This document shows, piece after piece, positions 1 through 10,321 of a stretch of 34,003 bases of DNA; within the stretch, counting starts at the first letter, position 1, and each line of letters starts with the position of its first letter. The position numbers and the translations under genes are program-made. Under the pieces are notes generated by a model. That model saw nothing but the letters and a program-made list of their open reading frames with translations. It did not search any database and was not told the origin of the DNA. The stretch lies in assembly GCA_022562795.1 (NCBI GenBank), contig JADFOP010000020.1:1-34003 (forward strand), written 5' to 3'. This DNA is from Nitrospinota bacterium. GTDB taxonomy: Bacteria; JADFOP01.

Positions 1-372
1 AACTCCAACGCCGAGACCGCCTACTGGATTGAGAACGGCTACGATGGGACTTTCATCATTCCCGATTTAGGCATCGATGTGGAAGGCGACCCGGGTATAT
101 CGGGCGGCTCGCTGAACGGGGCCATCAATTTGCGGCTCGGCGACCACGTGCTCTTTCCCGTCTTCGATCAGGTAACGGGAAACGGGGCCAACACCATCTA
201 TCATGTGGTGTCCCTGGTGGGGGGCATCATCGAGGGCTTTCGGCTAACAGGGAACATAGGCGAAAGAGAGCTCTTGATTGGTGTTACGGATTTCTCTGCC
301 ACGTGTATTATTTTGGGCGACGGGGACACCGAACTCAACTCCACCGTCTCCGCCCCCGTGCTGATCCAGTAA
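1..372 (+). CDS. C-terminal part of a probable TadG-like (Tad/Flp pilus) protein, 5' truncated by window edge
   Basis: Frame 1 is open from base 1 (NSNAETAYWIENGYDG...) to TAA at 370-372; 'PVFDQVTGNGANTIYHVV' and terminal 'PVLIQ' resemble TadG-like C-termini. Confidence 0.5.
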   Translation, partial: NSNAETAYWIENGYDGTFIIPDLGIDVEGDPGISGGSLNGAINLRLGDHVLFPVFDQVTGNGANTIYHVVSLVGGIIEGFRLTGNIGERELLIGVTDFSATCIILGDGDTELNSTVSAPVLIQ

Positions 373-569
373 CCCCCCCCTTTATCCTTCCCCTCGGTTT
401 AACGAGACATGGGGTTTGGCGGAGGTGCACGCGGGCAGATTGAGACTCCCATCCGGCCACCCGGCCGGGCCGCCTTGACATCCCACCCCTTGTAGAAACC
501 AGGCCGAAATCCTCTTACGGGGACGATCGACGCACCCACTCCACCGCGCCGATGCGCTATACTAGAGCG

Positions 570-1556
570 ATGAGGCGCACGAGCCCCCTCAGCCTTGGGA
601 CGGCTGTGGCCGTTTCGGTATGCCTGGCTGTGTCGGCTGCGTCGGGCGTCGAGGAGGCACCTATGACCGCACCTGAACAGGCCAGCGCGACCATCGCCGA
701 GAACGGTCGGGCTATCGTAAGGCACCTGGCTGAGACCATCGGCCCCCGCAGCCTCTTGAACCCCACGTCCCTGGAGGAAGCGGCCCGCTACATAGAGGAG
801 CGCCTCGCCGAGCTCGGCTACGCCGTCGAGCGCCAGCCCTACGAAGCCCCCGGCGGACACACGGTTCGCAACCTCATCGTCGAGAAGGCGGGCCGTGGGA
901 AGCCGGACGAGATAATCCTCTTCGGGGCCCACTACGACACAGTCCCCTCGACACCCGGGGCCGACGACAACGCCTCCGGTGTGGCGGGTCTTCTCGAGCT
1001 CGCCCGCCTGCTGAAGGCTTACGAGAACCGGCGGACCATCCGGCTGGTGGCCTTCACCTGCGAGGAGCCGCCCTACTACCATAGCCGCTGGATGGGAAGC
1101 CGCGTCTACGCCAGGGAGGCCCGCAAGCGGGGAGACGACATCATCGCCATGGTGAGCATCGAGATGATAGGCTTTTTCGACGCCTCTATCTCCCAGACTT
1201 TCCCCGTCCCGTTCATGAGCTACTTCTATCCAAGTACAGCCGACTTCATCGGCGTCGTGGGAAATCTCTCTTCCCGCCGGCTGGTCACGGCGGTTAGGGA
1301 GGCTATGCGGCGAGGGGGGGCCATCGGGGTAGAGAGCATCACGGCCGTAAGCGTCGTGCCGGGCATTGATTTTTCCGACCACGCCTCTTTCTGGCGAGAG
1401 GACTATCGGGCGGTCATGGTCACCGACACCGCCTTCTACCGAAGCCCCCACTACCACGGCCCCTCGGACACTCCTGACACCCTCAACTACGAATCCTTCG
1501 CCGAGGTCGTAAGGGGCCTCTACCAGGCAATCTTAGAGCTTGACGAGGGGGAGTGA
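570..1556 (+). CDS. M28 family metallopeptidase, probably exported
   Basis: Motifs GAHYD, PGADDNASG, EE, SDHASF, YHGPSDT; hydrophobic N-terminus; start uncertain (552/570/663). Confidence 0.9.
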   Translation: MRRTSPLSLGTAVAVSVCLAVSAASGVEEAPMTAPEQASATIAENGRAIVRHLAETIGPRSLLNPTSLEEAARYIEERLAELGYAVERQPYEAPGGHTVRNLIVEKAGRGKPDEIILFGAHYDTVPSTPGADDNASGVAGLLELARLLKAYENRRTIRLVAFTCEEPPYYHSRWMGSRVYAREARKRGDDIIAMVSIEMIGFFDASISQTFPVPFMSYFYPSTADFIGVVGNLSSRRLVTAVREAMRRGGAIGVESITAVSVVPGIDFSDHASFWREDYRAVMVTDTAFYRSPHYHGPSDTPDTLNYESFAEVVRGLYQAILELDEGE

Positions 1557-1619
1557 GGAGGGTCTCCCGGTGTAATGGGAGCGCTGCGGAGAGAGAATAG
1601 ACCAGGCGAGTCTCTGGCG

Positions 1620-2405
1620 TCACGATGCCACGACGGAGTCCACGGCGGCCTCCAGGTCCGGCAGTCCGGCGGCGGCCCCTTTTACGGCGTAGAGGAAGAA
1701 CTCCCGGTTTCCCTTCGGCCCTTTGAGGGGCGAGGCAATAAGGCCCGCCACCGTAAGCCCCAGGGCTTGGGCCGACTCGGCCACCTCCAGAATCACACGG
1801 CGGTGCTTGGCCCGATCCCGAACCACACCTCCCCTGCCCACCTCTCCGCGCCCCACCTCGAACTGGGGCTTGACGAGGCCAAGCAGCCATCCGCCCTCCT
1901 TGATGAGTGGCGCGAGGGGGGGGAATATTAGCCGAAGGGAGATGAAGGCCACATCGATAGTAGCCCCGTCGAGGGGTTCGGGGATGTGCTCGTCCGACAG
2001 GTAGCGGGCGTTGAGTTCCTCCAGGACGACCACCCGTGGGTCGGCCCTGAGAGCGGCGTCTATAAGACCTTTGCCCACATCTACTGCGTAGATTTTCCCT
2101 GCGCCGTGCTGCAATAGGCAGTCGGTGAAGCCACCCGTCGATGCGCCGAGGTCTGCGCAGACGGCCCCCTCAAGGGGGGGGTCGAAGGTGTCGAGGGCGG
2201 CCTTCAGCTTCTCGCCGCCGCGGGAGACGTAGGGGGGAATCTCTAGGAGGGCGATTTCGGCCTCGGCGGAGACGGCCTTGCCGGCCTTATCGACCACTGC
2301 GCCGTCAACGACGACCCGACCGGCGAGGATTAGGGCCTGGGCCCGGCTGCGTGTCGCCGCCAGGCCGCGCTCGATGAGGAGCTTATCCAGTCGAACCCCG
2401 GCCAT
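1620..2405 (-). CDS. tlyA: TlyA family rRNA 2'-O-methyltransferase
   Basis: S4 domain (RLDKLL), YVSRGGEKL, DLGASTGGFTD, LVKPQFE, GPKGNREF; usual position after dxs. Confidence 0.95.
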   Translation of the reverse strand: MAGVRLDKLLIERGLAATRSRAQALILAGRVVVDGAVVDKAGKAVSAEAEIALLEIPPYVSRGGEKLKAALDTFDPPLEGAVCADLGASTGGFTDCLLQHGAGKIYAVDVGKGLIDAALRADPRVVVLEELNARYLSDEHIPEPLDGATIDVAFISLRLIFPPLAPLIKEGGWLLGLVKPQFEVGRGEVGRGGVVRDRAKHRRVILEVAESAQALGLTVAGLIASPLKGPKGNREFFLYAVKGAAAGLPDLEAAVDSVVAS

Positions 2406-4314
2406 GGCTCATCGGCAGGGGATGACGGGCCTCAAGGGCCTGCTGGACGCTGGCGGCAATTCCCTCGGCGTCAAGGCCGTACGTGCGCCGAAGGAGCTCC
2501 GGGGAGCCCTGTTCGATTAGGCGGTCGGGTAGCCCGATCCGGTGGACCTTCGTCTCGAAGAGCCGGGCGGTCTCCAGAACCTCCAGAACGGCGCTACCGA
2601 AACCACCTGCGAGGGCGTTCTCCTCGACGGTGACTAGGAAACCCACCTGGCGGGCCTGCTCGCAGAGCAGGGCGTTATCGATGGGCTTGATGAAGCGGGC
2701 GTTGACCACGGACGTCTCGATCCCCTCCTCGGCAAGTAGATCGGCCGCCTCGTAGGCCGACCAGACCGTGGAGCCGAAGGCCCAAATGGCCACGTGCCGG
2801 CCGGGCTTAAGCAGCTCGGCCTTGCCGACCTCGAGAGGCTGCAGCGCCTCGTCCCGCTCCTTCCCGAATCCAGCTCCTGAAGGAAAGCATATGGCAGTCG
2901 GGCCGGCCCGTTGGAGGGCCGTCTTGAGCATGGGGCCTAGCTCGCTCTCGTCCTTAGGGGCCATGAGCACCATGTTGGGCGCGAGCCGGAGATAAGAGAT
3001 GTCGAAGGCCCCGAGGCGGCTGGGGCCCCTTTCGCCCGACAGGCCAGCGCACTCGACGGCGAAGGTCACCGGGAGGCTCTGGAGGCAGACATCGTTGAGC
3101 ACCTGGTCGAAGCTCCGTTGGAGGGCGGTGGACGGGATGAGCACGACCGGCTTAAGGCCCTGGCAGGCCAGCCCCGCGGCGAAGGCCGCGGCGTGCTGCG
3201 TTGCGCGGCCCACGTCGTAGAAGCGATTCGGAAACCGCTTGGCGAAGGGCTTGAGCCCGCTCCGCTCCGTCATGCCTGCGGTCACGGCGACGATGGAAGG
3301 GTCCTCCTCGGCCAGCGCCACGAGGATTTCAGCGAAGTCCTCCGCGTAGGTGGGCTGGCCTGTCTTCGCCTTAGGCCGGCCCGATGCGGGATCGAAGGCT
3401 CCGACGGCATGATACACTCCGGGGTACTGCTCGCTGGGCCGGTAGCCCTTGCCCTTTCGCGTAACGACGTGGACGACGACAGCACGCTCCATAGCTCTGG
3501 CGGCCTCAAATGCTTGGGTTAGGTGCCGAATATTGTGACCCTTGATGGGCCCGAGATAAGCGAATCCCATTTCCCGAAAGCGCTTAGCCGGGCCAAGGAG
3601 ACCTCTTACGGCCTCCTCTAGGCGGGCCCCGACCGAGGAGACCGGCTCGCCCACGACGGGGACTACCCGTATTAGTCCAAGGACGCCGTTACGGAGCTTC
3701 GTATAGAGTCGGCCTGAGAGCATTCTACTCAGAAAGGCCGAGAAGGCTTCAATGAGGGAGGCTGGGGCGAACGCATTGTCGTTCAAGACGACAAGCATCT
3801 TCTTGCCGAGGCGGCCCGCGTGAGTTAGGCCTTCGACGGCGACCCCTGCCGTAATGGCGCCGTCGCCGATTATTGCGACCACATCGTGGTCATCGCCCTT
3901 TAGATCCCTGGCTTCAACGAACCCCACGCCCGCCGAGAGGGAGGTGGAGCCATGGCGCGCGTGGTAAAGGTCGTATGGGCTCTCCCGCCGCTGCCCGACC
4001 TCCGAGATACCCTGGTCCTGGTCCGGGGGTGCGAAGCGCTCCCGTTGGCCTGTGAGCAGCTTATGTGTGTATGTCTGATGGCCTCCATCCCATATGAACT
4101 TGTCGCGCGGCGCGCTGAAGACGGTGTGGAGTGCGATGGTGAGCTCCACGGCTGCGAGGTTGCTCGCGAGGTGCCCCCCCCTGGAGGCCACCGCCTCGAT
4201 GATGGATTTACGGACCTCGGCGGCGAGCGCCTTAAGCTGCTTCTCGGTAAGGTGCTTGAGGCTCTCAGGCCCTTGAATCGTGGAGAGAATGGGCCTCATC
4301 TCTAGCTTTTCCAC
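2383..4314 (-). CDS. dxs: 1-deoxy-D-xylulose-5-phosphate synthase homolog with degenerate active site
   Basis: Full-length DXS architecture (GGHLASNL, HQ, GDGA, NDN, KGKGY, NARFIKPID, EEN...GGFG) in xseB-ispA-dxs-tlyA synteny; several catalytic motifs substituted; start 4314 (GTG) or 4299 (ATG). Confidence 0.9.
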   Translation of the reverse strand: MEKLEMRPILSTIQGPESLKHLTEKQLKALAAEVRKSIIEAVASRGGHLASNLAAVELTIALHTVFSAPRDKFIWDGGHQTYTHKLLTGQRERFAPPDQDQGISEVGQRRESPYDLYHARHGSTSLSAGVGFVEARDLKGDDHDVVAIIGDGAITAGVAVEGLTHAGRLGKKMLVVLNDNAFAPASLIEAFSAFLSRMLSGRLYTKLRNGVLGLIRVVPVVGEPVSSVGARLEEAVRGLLGPAKRFREMGFAYLGPIKGHNIRHLTQAFEAARAMERAVVVHVVTRKGKGYRPSEQYPGVYHAVGAFDPASGRPKAKTGQPTYAEDFAEILVALAEEDPSIVAVTAGMTERSGLKPFAKRFPNRFYDVGRATQHAAAFAAGLACQGLKPVVLIPSTALQRSFDQVLNDVCLQSLPVTFAVECAGLSGERGPSRLGAFDISYLRLAPNMVLMAPKDESELGPMLKTALQRAGPTAICFPSGAGFGKERDEALQPLEVGKAELLKPGRHVAIWAFGSTVWSAYEAADLLAEEGIETSVVNARFIKPIDNALLCEQARQVGFLVTVEENALAGGFGSAVLEVLETARLFETKVHRIGLPDRLIEQGSPELLRRTYGLDAEGIAASVQQALEARHPLPMSHGRGSTG

Positions 4315-4329
4315 ATGAACTCCGTTTGC

Positions 4330-5226
4330 TTACCGTCGCCTCGCCACGACGAAGAGGGCCAGCTCCACCAGCAACTCCCCCCCGTCGCCAATCGGCTCCA
4401 AGGCTCCACAGGCGTCCTCGACCAATCGGTCTGCCTCTGCTCGCGAGGCCTCGAGGCCGTGGAGGGAAGGGTAGGTCGCTTTGGCGTGGGCCTCATCTCC
4501 CCCGGTGGCTTTTCCGAGGGTTGTCTCATCACCCACCACGTCGAGAATGTCGTCGACAATCTGGAAGGCAAGGCCTACCGACAGCCCATAACGGCCGAGC
4601 GCCTCGACGGCCTCAGGGTTCCCACCCCCCAGCAGGGCCCCTGTCACCGTGCTCGCGCGTATTAGAGCCGCCGTCTTGTCGGTGTGTATGGCGGTGAGGC
4701 CCGCCTCATCGATCTCGCGGCCCTCGGCCTCAAGGTCAGCCACCTGACCGCCGACCATGCCGGAGGCCCCGGCAGCCTCAGCCACGGTGCGTACGACATC
4801 CATCAGCACGGCTGGCTCCACCGGCCCCCCGTACAATACGGGGTCGCTCAAGAGCTTGAATGCGTAAGTCAAGAGGGCGTCACCGGCGAGGATTGCCATG
4901 GCCTCGCCGAAAACCATGTGGCTCGTGGGCCGGCCGCGCCGGACGTCGCCGTCGTCCATGGCGGGCAGGTCATCGTGGATGAGGCTGTAGGTGTGGATGC
5001 ACTCCAGGGCGCAGGCGGCCGGCAGGGCCTTTGCCTCCTCGCCGCCAACAGCCTCGGCCGCCGCCAGACAGAGAATGGACCGAAGACGCTTGCCGCCGGC
5101 AAAGAGGCTGTAGCGCATCGCCTCATGGAGGGTCGCCGGGGGTGCGTCGGCCGTGGGCAACCACTTATCCAGCGTCCGATCCACCACCTCCCGCTTTACT
5201 GCCAGATAGTCCTCAAGGTCTCTCAC
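4330..5226 (-). CDS. ispA: Farnesyl/geranylgeranyl diphosphate synthase
   Basis: GGKR, HTYSLIHDDLPAMD, RRG, GQ, FQIVDDILD, KATYP. Confidence 0.95.
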   Translation of the reverse strand: MRDLEDYLAVKREVVDRTLDKWLPTADAPPATLHEAMRYSLFAGGKRLRSILCLAAAEAVGGEEAKALPAACALECIHTYSLIHDDLPAMDDGDVRRGRPTSHMVFGEAMAILAGDALLTYAFKLLSDPVLYGGPVEPAVLMDVVRTVAEAAGASGMVGGQVADLEAEGREIDEAGLTAIHTDKTAALIRASTVTGALLGGGNPEAVEALGRYGLSVGLAFQIVDDILDVVGDETTLGKATGGDEAHAKATYPSLHGLEASRAEADRLVEDACGALEPIGDGGELLVELALFVVARRR

Positions 5227-5471
5227 GGCTTCGTTTCCTCTTCATCGGCCTCTGGCTCTGGAGGGTCGGCGGCGAAGAGGCCCTCGTGCTCCAGGGCGAG
5301 TAGCTCGATTTTCTGCTCGGCCTCCTGGAGCTTATCGGCGCAGAAGCGGGCCAGCTTGATACCTTCCTCGAATAGCTTGAGCGATTTCTCGAGGTCGATT
5401 TGGCCATCTTCAAGCTGCTCGACAATGGCCTCAAGCCTTTTGATTGCTTTCTCGAACTTCATCTCACTCAT
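5223..5471 (-). CDS. xseB: Exodeoxyribonuclease VII small subunit
   Basis: FEKAIKRLEAIVEQLE...LEKSLKLFEEG; between xseA and ispA with 4-nt overlaps. Confidence 0.95.
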   Translation of the reverse strand: MSEMKFEKAIKRLEAIVEQLEDGQIDLEKSLKLFEEGIKLARFCADKLQEAEQKIELLALEHEGLFAADPPEPEADEEETKP

Positions 5472-6835
5472 CGCTCTCTCCGGCCCCCGCGTGTCGCCTG
5501 CACCTCGGCCTCCACCTCCCCGTGGCGGAGCGTCACCAGCAAGCCGTCGCCCTCTTTAAGCTGGGCTGCGTCGGTCACGAGTCGTCGGTCAGGAAGCCTT
5601 CTGGCGATAGCGTAGCCTCGCTCCAGGACATTCAAGGGGCTTAGAGCATCGAGGCGCCCGGAAGCCACGCTTAGGCGGTGGCTAAATCGCTGGAGGCAGT
5701 CGCTGATGCGGGTACGCAGGAGACGGTGAGCCTCCACGGCCAGGTGGCGCCTCTCCTCGAGCGCGTAGTGGGGCGCAAGAAGGGCAAGCTCTCTTCCGAG
5801 GGCCCGGGCCACATTCTCGCATTCGGCAAGCTGGAGCCGCACTCCTCGGCCGAGCCTGGAGCGGAGCTCATCTAGGCGCTGGCCAGCTGGAGCAACGACG
5901 CCGTAAGGCGAGGCCAGGGGTCGACGGCGGCAAAGGGCGGCGAGCATTTGGGCCCGAACCGCCCGCTCTGTCTTCGCCGATGCCACGAGGCGTCGGGCGA
6001 GGAGGCGAAGGCGGCGCTCGAGATCGGACTTCATCTGGACGACGAGCTCGGCCGCGGCCGAGGGCGTGGGCGCTCTGACATCGGCCACGAAGTCGGCTAT
6101 GGTGTGGTCGATCTCGTGCCCCACGGCGCTGATGACAGGAACTTTTGAAGCCGCGATGGCCCGGGCCACGACTTCCTCGTTGAAGGCCCAGAGGTCCTCC
6201 AGGCTCCCCCCGCCGCGCGATACGATTAGCACATCGAGGCCCCCGCGCCTGTTGAGGGCCGCGAGGGCAGAGGCGATCTCTTGGGCCGCGCCCTCGCCCT
6301 GTACCCGCACCGGCGCCACCAGGAGGTGGACGTTTGCGAAGCGGCGCTGGATGACTGTTGTGATGTCGTGAAGAGCCGCTCCCGTCGGTGAGGTCACCAC
6401 GCCGATGGTCTGGGGCAGGTAGGGGAGCGGGCGCTTGCGGGCTGAATCAAAGAGCCCCTCGTCGGCGAGCCGCACCTTGAGCTGCTCAAATGCCTGTTGG
6501 AGGAGTCCAAGGCCCAGGGGCTCCATGTATCCGACGACGAGCTGATAGTCGCCCCTCGGTTCGTATACGGTGAGCTGGCCCCTAACCAGCACCTTGAGGC
6601 CGTCTTCGGGCTCGCACCGCAAGCCCCCCTCCTGGTACTTGAAGACCACGCACCTGAGCTGGGCCTCGGAGTCCTTCAGGGTGAAGTAACGGTGGCCTGA
6701 GGCGGGGGCGCGTAGGTTGGATATCTCACCCTCGACCCAGAGGTCTGAAAAGCGGTCCTCCAGCAGATCCCGCACCTCGCGGGTCAAGTCGGCGACTGTA
6801 TATACCCGGCGCTCCGGGGCGGCGATGGCGTTCAT
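5468..6835 (-). CDS. xseA: Exodeoxyribonuclease VII large subunit
   Basis: [45 protein letters not shown]; start ATG 6835 overlaps folD stop (ATGA). Confidence 0.95.
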   Translation of the reverse strand: MNAIAAPERRVYTVADLTREVRDLLEDRFSDLWVEGEISNLRAPASGHRYFTLKDSEAQLRCVVFKYQEGGLRCEPEDGLKVLVRGQLTVYEPRGDYQLVVGYMEPLGLGLLQQAFEQLKVRLADEGLFDSARKRPLPYLPQTIGVVTSPTGAALHDITTVIQRRFANVHLLVAPVRVQGEGAAQEIASALAALNRRGGLDVLIVSRGGGSLEDLWAFNEEVVARAIAASKVPVISAVGHEIDHTIADFVADVRAPTPSAAAELVVQMKSDLERRLRLLARRLVASAKTERAVRAQMLAALCRRRPLASPYGVVAPAGQRLDELRSRLGRGVRLQLAECENVARALGRELALLAPHYALEERRHLAVEAHRLLRTRISDCLQRFSHRLSVASGRLDALSPLNVLERGYAIARRLPDRRLVTDAAQLKEGDGLLVTLRHGEVEAEVQATRGGRRER

Positions 6836-7698
6836 GACGGGCTTCCGCTCGCCCCTTGGAGCCGGCACGCGGTGAGGGTATTTTTCAGCAGCATGGCGAC
6901 CGTCATTGGGCCGACGCCGCCTGGCACCGGGGTGATGGCCCCTGCGACGGCTGCGGCGGCCTCGAAGTCGACATCGCCGACGAGCTTCTCCCCCACCCGG
7001 TTGATGCCGACGTCGATGACACATGCACCGGGCTTTACCATCTCGCCCGTTACGACCGCTGGCCTCCCCGCCGCAGCTATCAGGATGTCGGCGCGGCGTG
7101 CGGTGGCCGCCAGGTCGCGCGTGCGGGTGTGACAGATGGTCACCGTGGCGTGGCGGTGTAGCAGGAGCAGGGCGAGGGGCTTGCCGACGATCGCGCTCCG
7201 GCCGATCACCACAGCCTCGGCACCCTCGATGGGGATGTCGGTGCGGTCAAGGAGCTCTATAATCCCCGCTGGAGTGCAGGGGAGCAGCTCCGCCTTACCG
7301 GCTACCAGCCGGCTGATATTCATTGGGTGGAAGCCGTCCACGTCCTTGGCGGGATCGACGGCCGCGAGGACCGCCTCCTCATCTAGCCGGTCAGGCAGAG
7401 GGAGCTGTACGAGGATGCCGTGGACTTCGGGGTTCTTGCTCAACTCCTCGATGATGGCAAGGAGCTTGTCTTGGCTTACGGAGGCCGGTAGCTCATAGGG
7501 GAAGGAGGCGATGCCGACCTCGGCGCAGGCCCGCTGTTTGGTCTTGACGTAGATTTGACTGGCGGGGTTATCTCCAACGAGCACCGTGGCGAGGCCGGGC
7601 TCCGCGCCCCGGGCCGCCCGGAGTGAGGCGACCTCGGCTTTCAGCTCCTCGCGGATGGCCTGGGCGATGGCTTTGCCGTCGATGATGGTGGCTGTCAT
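6832..7698 (-). CDS. folD: Bifunctional methylene-THF dehydrogenase/cyclohydrolase
   Basis: [46 protein letters not shown]. Confidence 0.97.
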   Translation of the reverse strand: MTATIIDGKAIAQAIREELKAEVASLRAARGAEPGLATVLVGDNPASQIYVKTKQRACAEVGIASFPYELPASVSQDKLLAIIEELSKNPEVHGILVQLPLPDRLDEEAVLAAVDPAKDVDGFHPMNISRLVAGKAELLPCTPAGIIELLDRTDIPIEGAEAVVIGRSAIVGKPLALLLLHRHATVTICHTRTRDLAATARRADILIAAAGRPAVVTGEMVKPGACVIDVGINRVGEKLVGDVDFEAAAAVAGAITPVPGGVGPMTVAMLLKNTLTACRLQGASGSPS

Positions 7699-7738
7699 GG
7701 ATTCAATCCGAAAGTGGAAGGAAGTTGGAGAACGCCAT

Positions 7739-7767
7739 ATGATACGGGGCCTTCGGCCTCAAGTCAA
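7739..7767 (-). promoter_or_regulatory. Sigma70-type promoter for the folD-xseAB-ispA-dxs-tlyA operon
   Basis: Minus strand TTGACT-17 nt-TATCAT about 40 nt upstream of folD ATG. Confidence 0.65.
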
Positions 7768-7782
7768 GGCGAGGGCAGAGGC

Positions 7783-7811
7783 TAGACACCGCCGGTTTGG
7801 AACTCTATACT
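7783..7811 (+). promoter_or_regulatory. Sigma70-type promoter for NUDIX/TPR genes
   Basis: TAGACA-17 nt-TATACT, divergent from the folD promoter. Confidence 0.6.
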
Positions 7812-7842
7812 AGGCTTCGTCCCTGCCCAGGAGAATGCCCCC

Positions 7843-8340
7843 GTGAGCTACGAGCCCACCAAGGACGAGCCGGTGAGCCAGGGCGCCTCTAGCAAGATGG
7901 CTCCCTGCCCCAACTGCGGCCAGCCCGTTACCACCTACCGAAACCCCGTCCCCACGGTGGACATCATCATTGAGTGCGAGACCCCCGGCGGCGAGCGCGG
8001 CATCATCCTCATCGAGCGTGTGAACGAGCCTAAGGGCTGGGCCATCCCGGGAGGCTATGTGGATTACGGCGAGACCTTCGAGGAGGCGGCCAAGCGGGAG
8101 GCCCTAGAGGAGACGGGTCTCGATGTGGAGCTCGTGCGCCAGTTCCACGCCTATTCCGACCCCAGGCGCGATCCGCGCCAGCACAACGTAAGCGTGGTCT
8201 TCGTCGCCCGCGCCACCGGCACCCCCCGCGCAGGCAGCGACGCTGGGCAGGTAGGGCTCTTCACCCAAGAGACCCTCCCCGAGGAGATAGCCTTCGACCA
8301 CTCCGCCATCCTCGCCGACTACTATGCCGCCCGATACTGA
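7843..8340 (+). CDS. NUDIX hydrolase with N-terminal CxxC motif
   Basis: Nudix box [37 protein letters not shown]. Confidence 0.92.
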   Translation: MSYEPTKDEPVSQGASSKMAPCPNCGQPVTTYRNPVPTVDIIIECETPGGERGIILIERVNEPKGWAIPGGYVDYGETFEEAAKREALEETGLDVELVRQFHAYSDPRRDPRQHNVSVVFVARATGTPRAGSDAGQVGLFTQETLPEEIAFDHSAILADYYAARY

Positions 8341-8349
8341 GAACCCACG

Positions 8350-10230
8350 ATGACGACGCCACCCGCCAGCACTGCCGCCTCGCTGCTTCGGCGCTGGTGG
8401 CCCTTTCTGCTCGTGGCCGTAGTGGCGGTGGGCGTTTTTTCAAACAGCTTCAACAACGAATTCATCTACGACGATAGGATAGCCATCGTAGAAAACCCCT
8501 ACATCCGCTCCTGGTCCAATCTTTGGGAGCTGATAAACCCCACCTCCACATTCCATCGCACCTACATGCTTCTGAGCTGGCGACCGCTCCAAAGTTTCTC
8601 CTATCTTGCAACTTACATGCTCTTCGGCCTTAATGCAGGACCCCACCATATCTTCAATGTAGCCTTCCATGCCCTTAACGCCGTCCTTGTCTTCGTGATT
8701 CTTCGGCGGCTGACCCGCCACGAGGCGGTCGCTCTTATCGGGGCCCTGGCATTCGCCGTCCACCCCATCCACATTGAGGCGGTTCAGGTCTCGGCCCTGC
8801 GGGCGGACCTTCTGTCCACTCCCTTATTCATCGCCGCCCTCTTATGTCATCTTCGCCTGCGAAGCCGTCCGGGCGACAAACCTCTTCTGTGGGCGGGCCT
8901 TGCGGCGGCGGCCTACTTCTTCTCTTGCACGGCCAAGGAGGTGGGAGCAATCCTCCCGCTGCTGGCTCTCTTCCTCGACGCCCGCCGCCACAAGCTCAGA
9001 GGGCTGCTCAACCTGGAAGGGATTAGGCCTTATCTCGGTTACGCAGTTGCGGCGGCCCTTTACGGCTTGCTACGATTCGGCATTTTCAGCAACGTCCACC
9101 AAGGGGATTTCTACATAGGGGATACGCTCCTGGCGGCCGTTCTTACCACCGGCAGGATTTTCGTCTACTACATCGACCACCTCCTGTTGCCCTTCGATAT
9201 GCGACCCGATTATGTCTTCGCCGCCTCAATGGCGCCCGACCTGGCCAGCTTGAGTTCCTGGGCGCTGCTTGCCTCCCTGGCCGGGGTAGCCTGGCTCGCC
9301 CGCCGCCGCCACCCTACCCTCACGCTGGGGCTTGTGTGGCTCGGCGTTACCCTCCTTCCCGTGACGAACGTCGTTCCCATCCGCAACCCCATGGCGGACC
9401 GCTATCTATACCTGCCGTCGATCGGCTTTAGCGCCATTGTGGGCTGGGCATTGGTCGAGGCGAGCCGAGCCGCGAAGCAGCGGTGGGGAGTGTCGCGAGC
9501 AGGTGTATTGGCCCTGCTCGGAGCGGCGGTGTTCATACCCTGGGGAGCCGTTACCTTGAAGCAAAACACCGTCTGGCGCAACAATATGAATTTGTGGACC
9601 GAGACGGCGCGCCTTGAGCCAAAAAGCGCCAGGGCCCAATACAACCTGGGGGTGTTCAGTCAGCGACAGGACTCATATGAGACCGCCATGGCATACTACC
9701 GCGAGGCGGTACGGCTCGCCCCCGGTTACGGCAAGGCGAACGGCAACCTGGGAGTCCTCATGGCATTGGAGGGCAACAATGCTGAGGCCGAGGTTTTTTT
9801 AAAAAGAGCCATTGCCTTAGATCGGTCCGATGGTTCTGCATATAACAACCTGGGGTTTTTCTATTATCGCCAGGGCCTGACGAAGAAGGCCGAGCCTTAC
9901 TACCACGAAGCGATACGGCTTGAGCCGACTTTCGCCAAGGCGCTCGACAACCTAGGAACCCTGCTGGAAGGGAAGGGTAAATATGCGGAGGCCGAAGCCG
10001 CTTACCTGCGCGCGGTTGCCGCCAAGCCGGAATACACCAAGGCCCACCTCAACCTCGCCGTCCTTTACCTTAAATTTCTCAAGACGCCCGAGAAGGCCCT
10101 TCCCCATCTGGAGGCGATCATCCGCATAAAGCCCGACCACCCCGATATTGAGCTAATCAGGTCCCAGGCCCGCAAACTTAGGGGGGAGTCTAAGTTTTTC
10201 GGAGAAATTCCGCTCCTTCCCGGCAGATGA
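8350..10230 (+). CDS. TMTC-like membrane glycosyltransferase (GT-C type) with C-terminal TPR repeats
   Basis: FIYDD, WRPL, HP, KE, ADRYLYLP in a multi-TM region followed by several TPRs (AQYNLG, AYNNLG, ALDNLG, AHLNLA). Confidence 0.85.
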   Translation: MTTPPASTAASLLRRWWPFLLVAVVAVGVFSNSFNNEFIYDDRIAIVENPYIRSWSNLWELINPTSTFHRTYMLLSWRPLQSFSYLATYMLFGLNAGPHHIFNVAFHALNAVLVFVILRRLTRHEAVALIGALAFAVHPIHIEAVQVSALRADLLSTPLFIAALLCHLRLRSRPGDKPLLWAGLAAAAYFFSCTAKEVGAILPLLALFLDARRHKLRGLLNLEGIRPYLGYAVAAALYGLLRFGIFSNVHQGDFYIGDTLLAAVLTTGRIFVYYIDHLLLPFDMRPDYVFAASMAPDLASLSSWALLASLAGVAWLARRRHPTLTLGLVWLGVTLLPVTNVVPIRNPMADRYLYLPSIGFSAIVGWALVEASRAAKQRWGVSRAGVLALLGAAVFIPWGAVTLKQNTVWRNNMNLWTETARLEPKSARAQYNLGVFSQRQDSYETAMAYYREAVRLAPGYGKANGNLGVLMALEGNNAEAEVFLKRAIALDRSDGSAYNNLGFFYYRQGLTKKAEPYYHEAIRLEPTFAKALDNLGTLLEGKGKYAEAEAAYLRAVAAKPEYTKAHLNLAVLYLKFLKTPEKALPHLEAIIRIKPDHPDIELIRSQARKLRGESKFFGEIPLLPGR

Positions 10231-10321
10231 AGCAAGAGCCGGTGGGAGCCTACCGGGCCGTTTTTTCCGGGATTTTCCGAATCATGGGTAGGGCAGGAAG
10301 CATCTTCGGATACAGCGGCCT

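Noticed and set aside
399-1457. Long antisense or alternate-frame ORFs (also 4684-5559, 13473-14435, 18885-19859, 26829-27821)
   Set aside because: Shadow frames of recognisable genes in GC-rich DNA with no family motifs
6836-7024. N-terminal extension of xseA in the ORF track (likewise 15804-16220, 17237-17452, 12744-12848, 12367-12420)
   Set aside because: Overlaps upstream genes or promoters; better starts with RBS or ATGA coupling lie downstream
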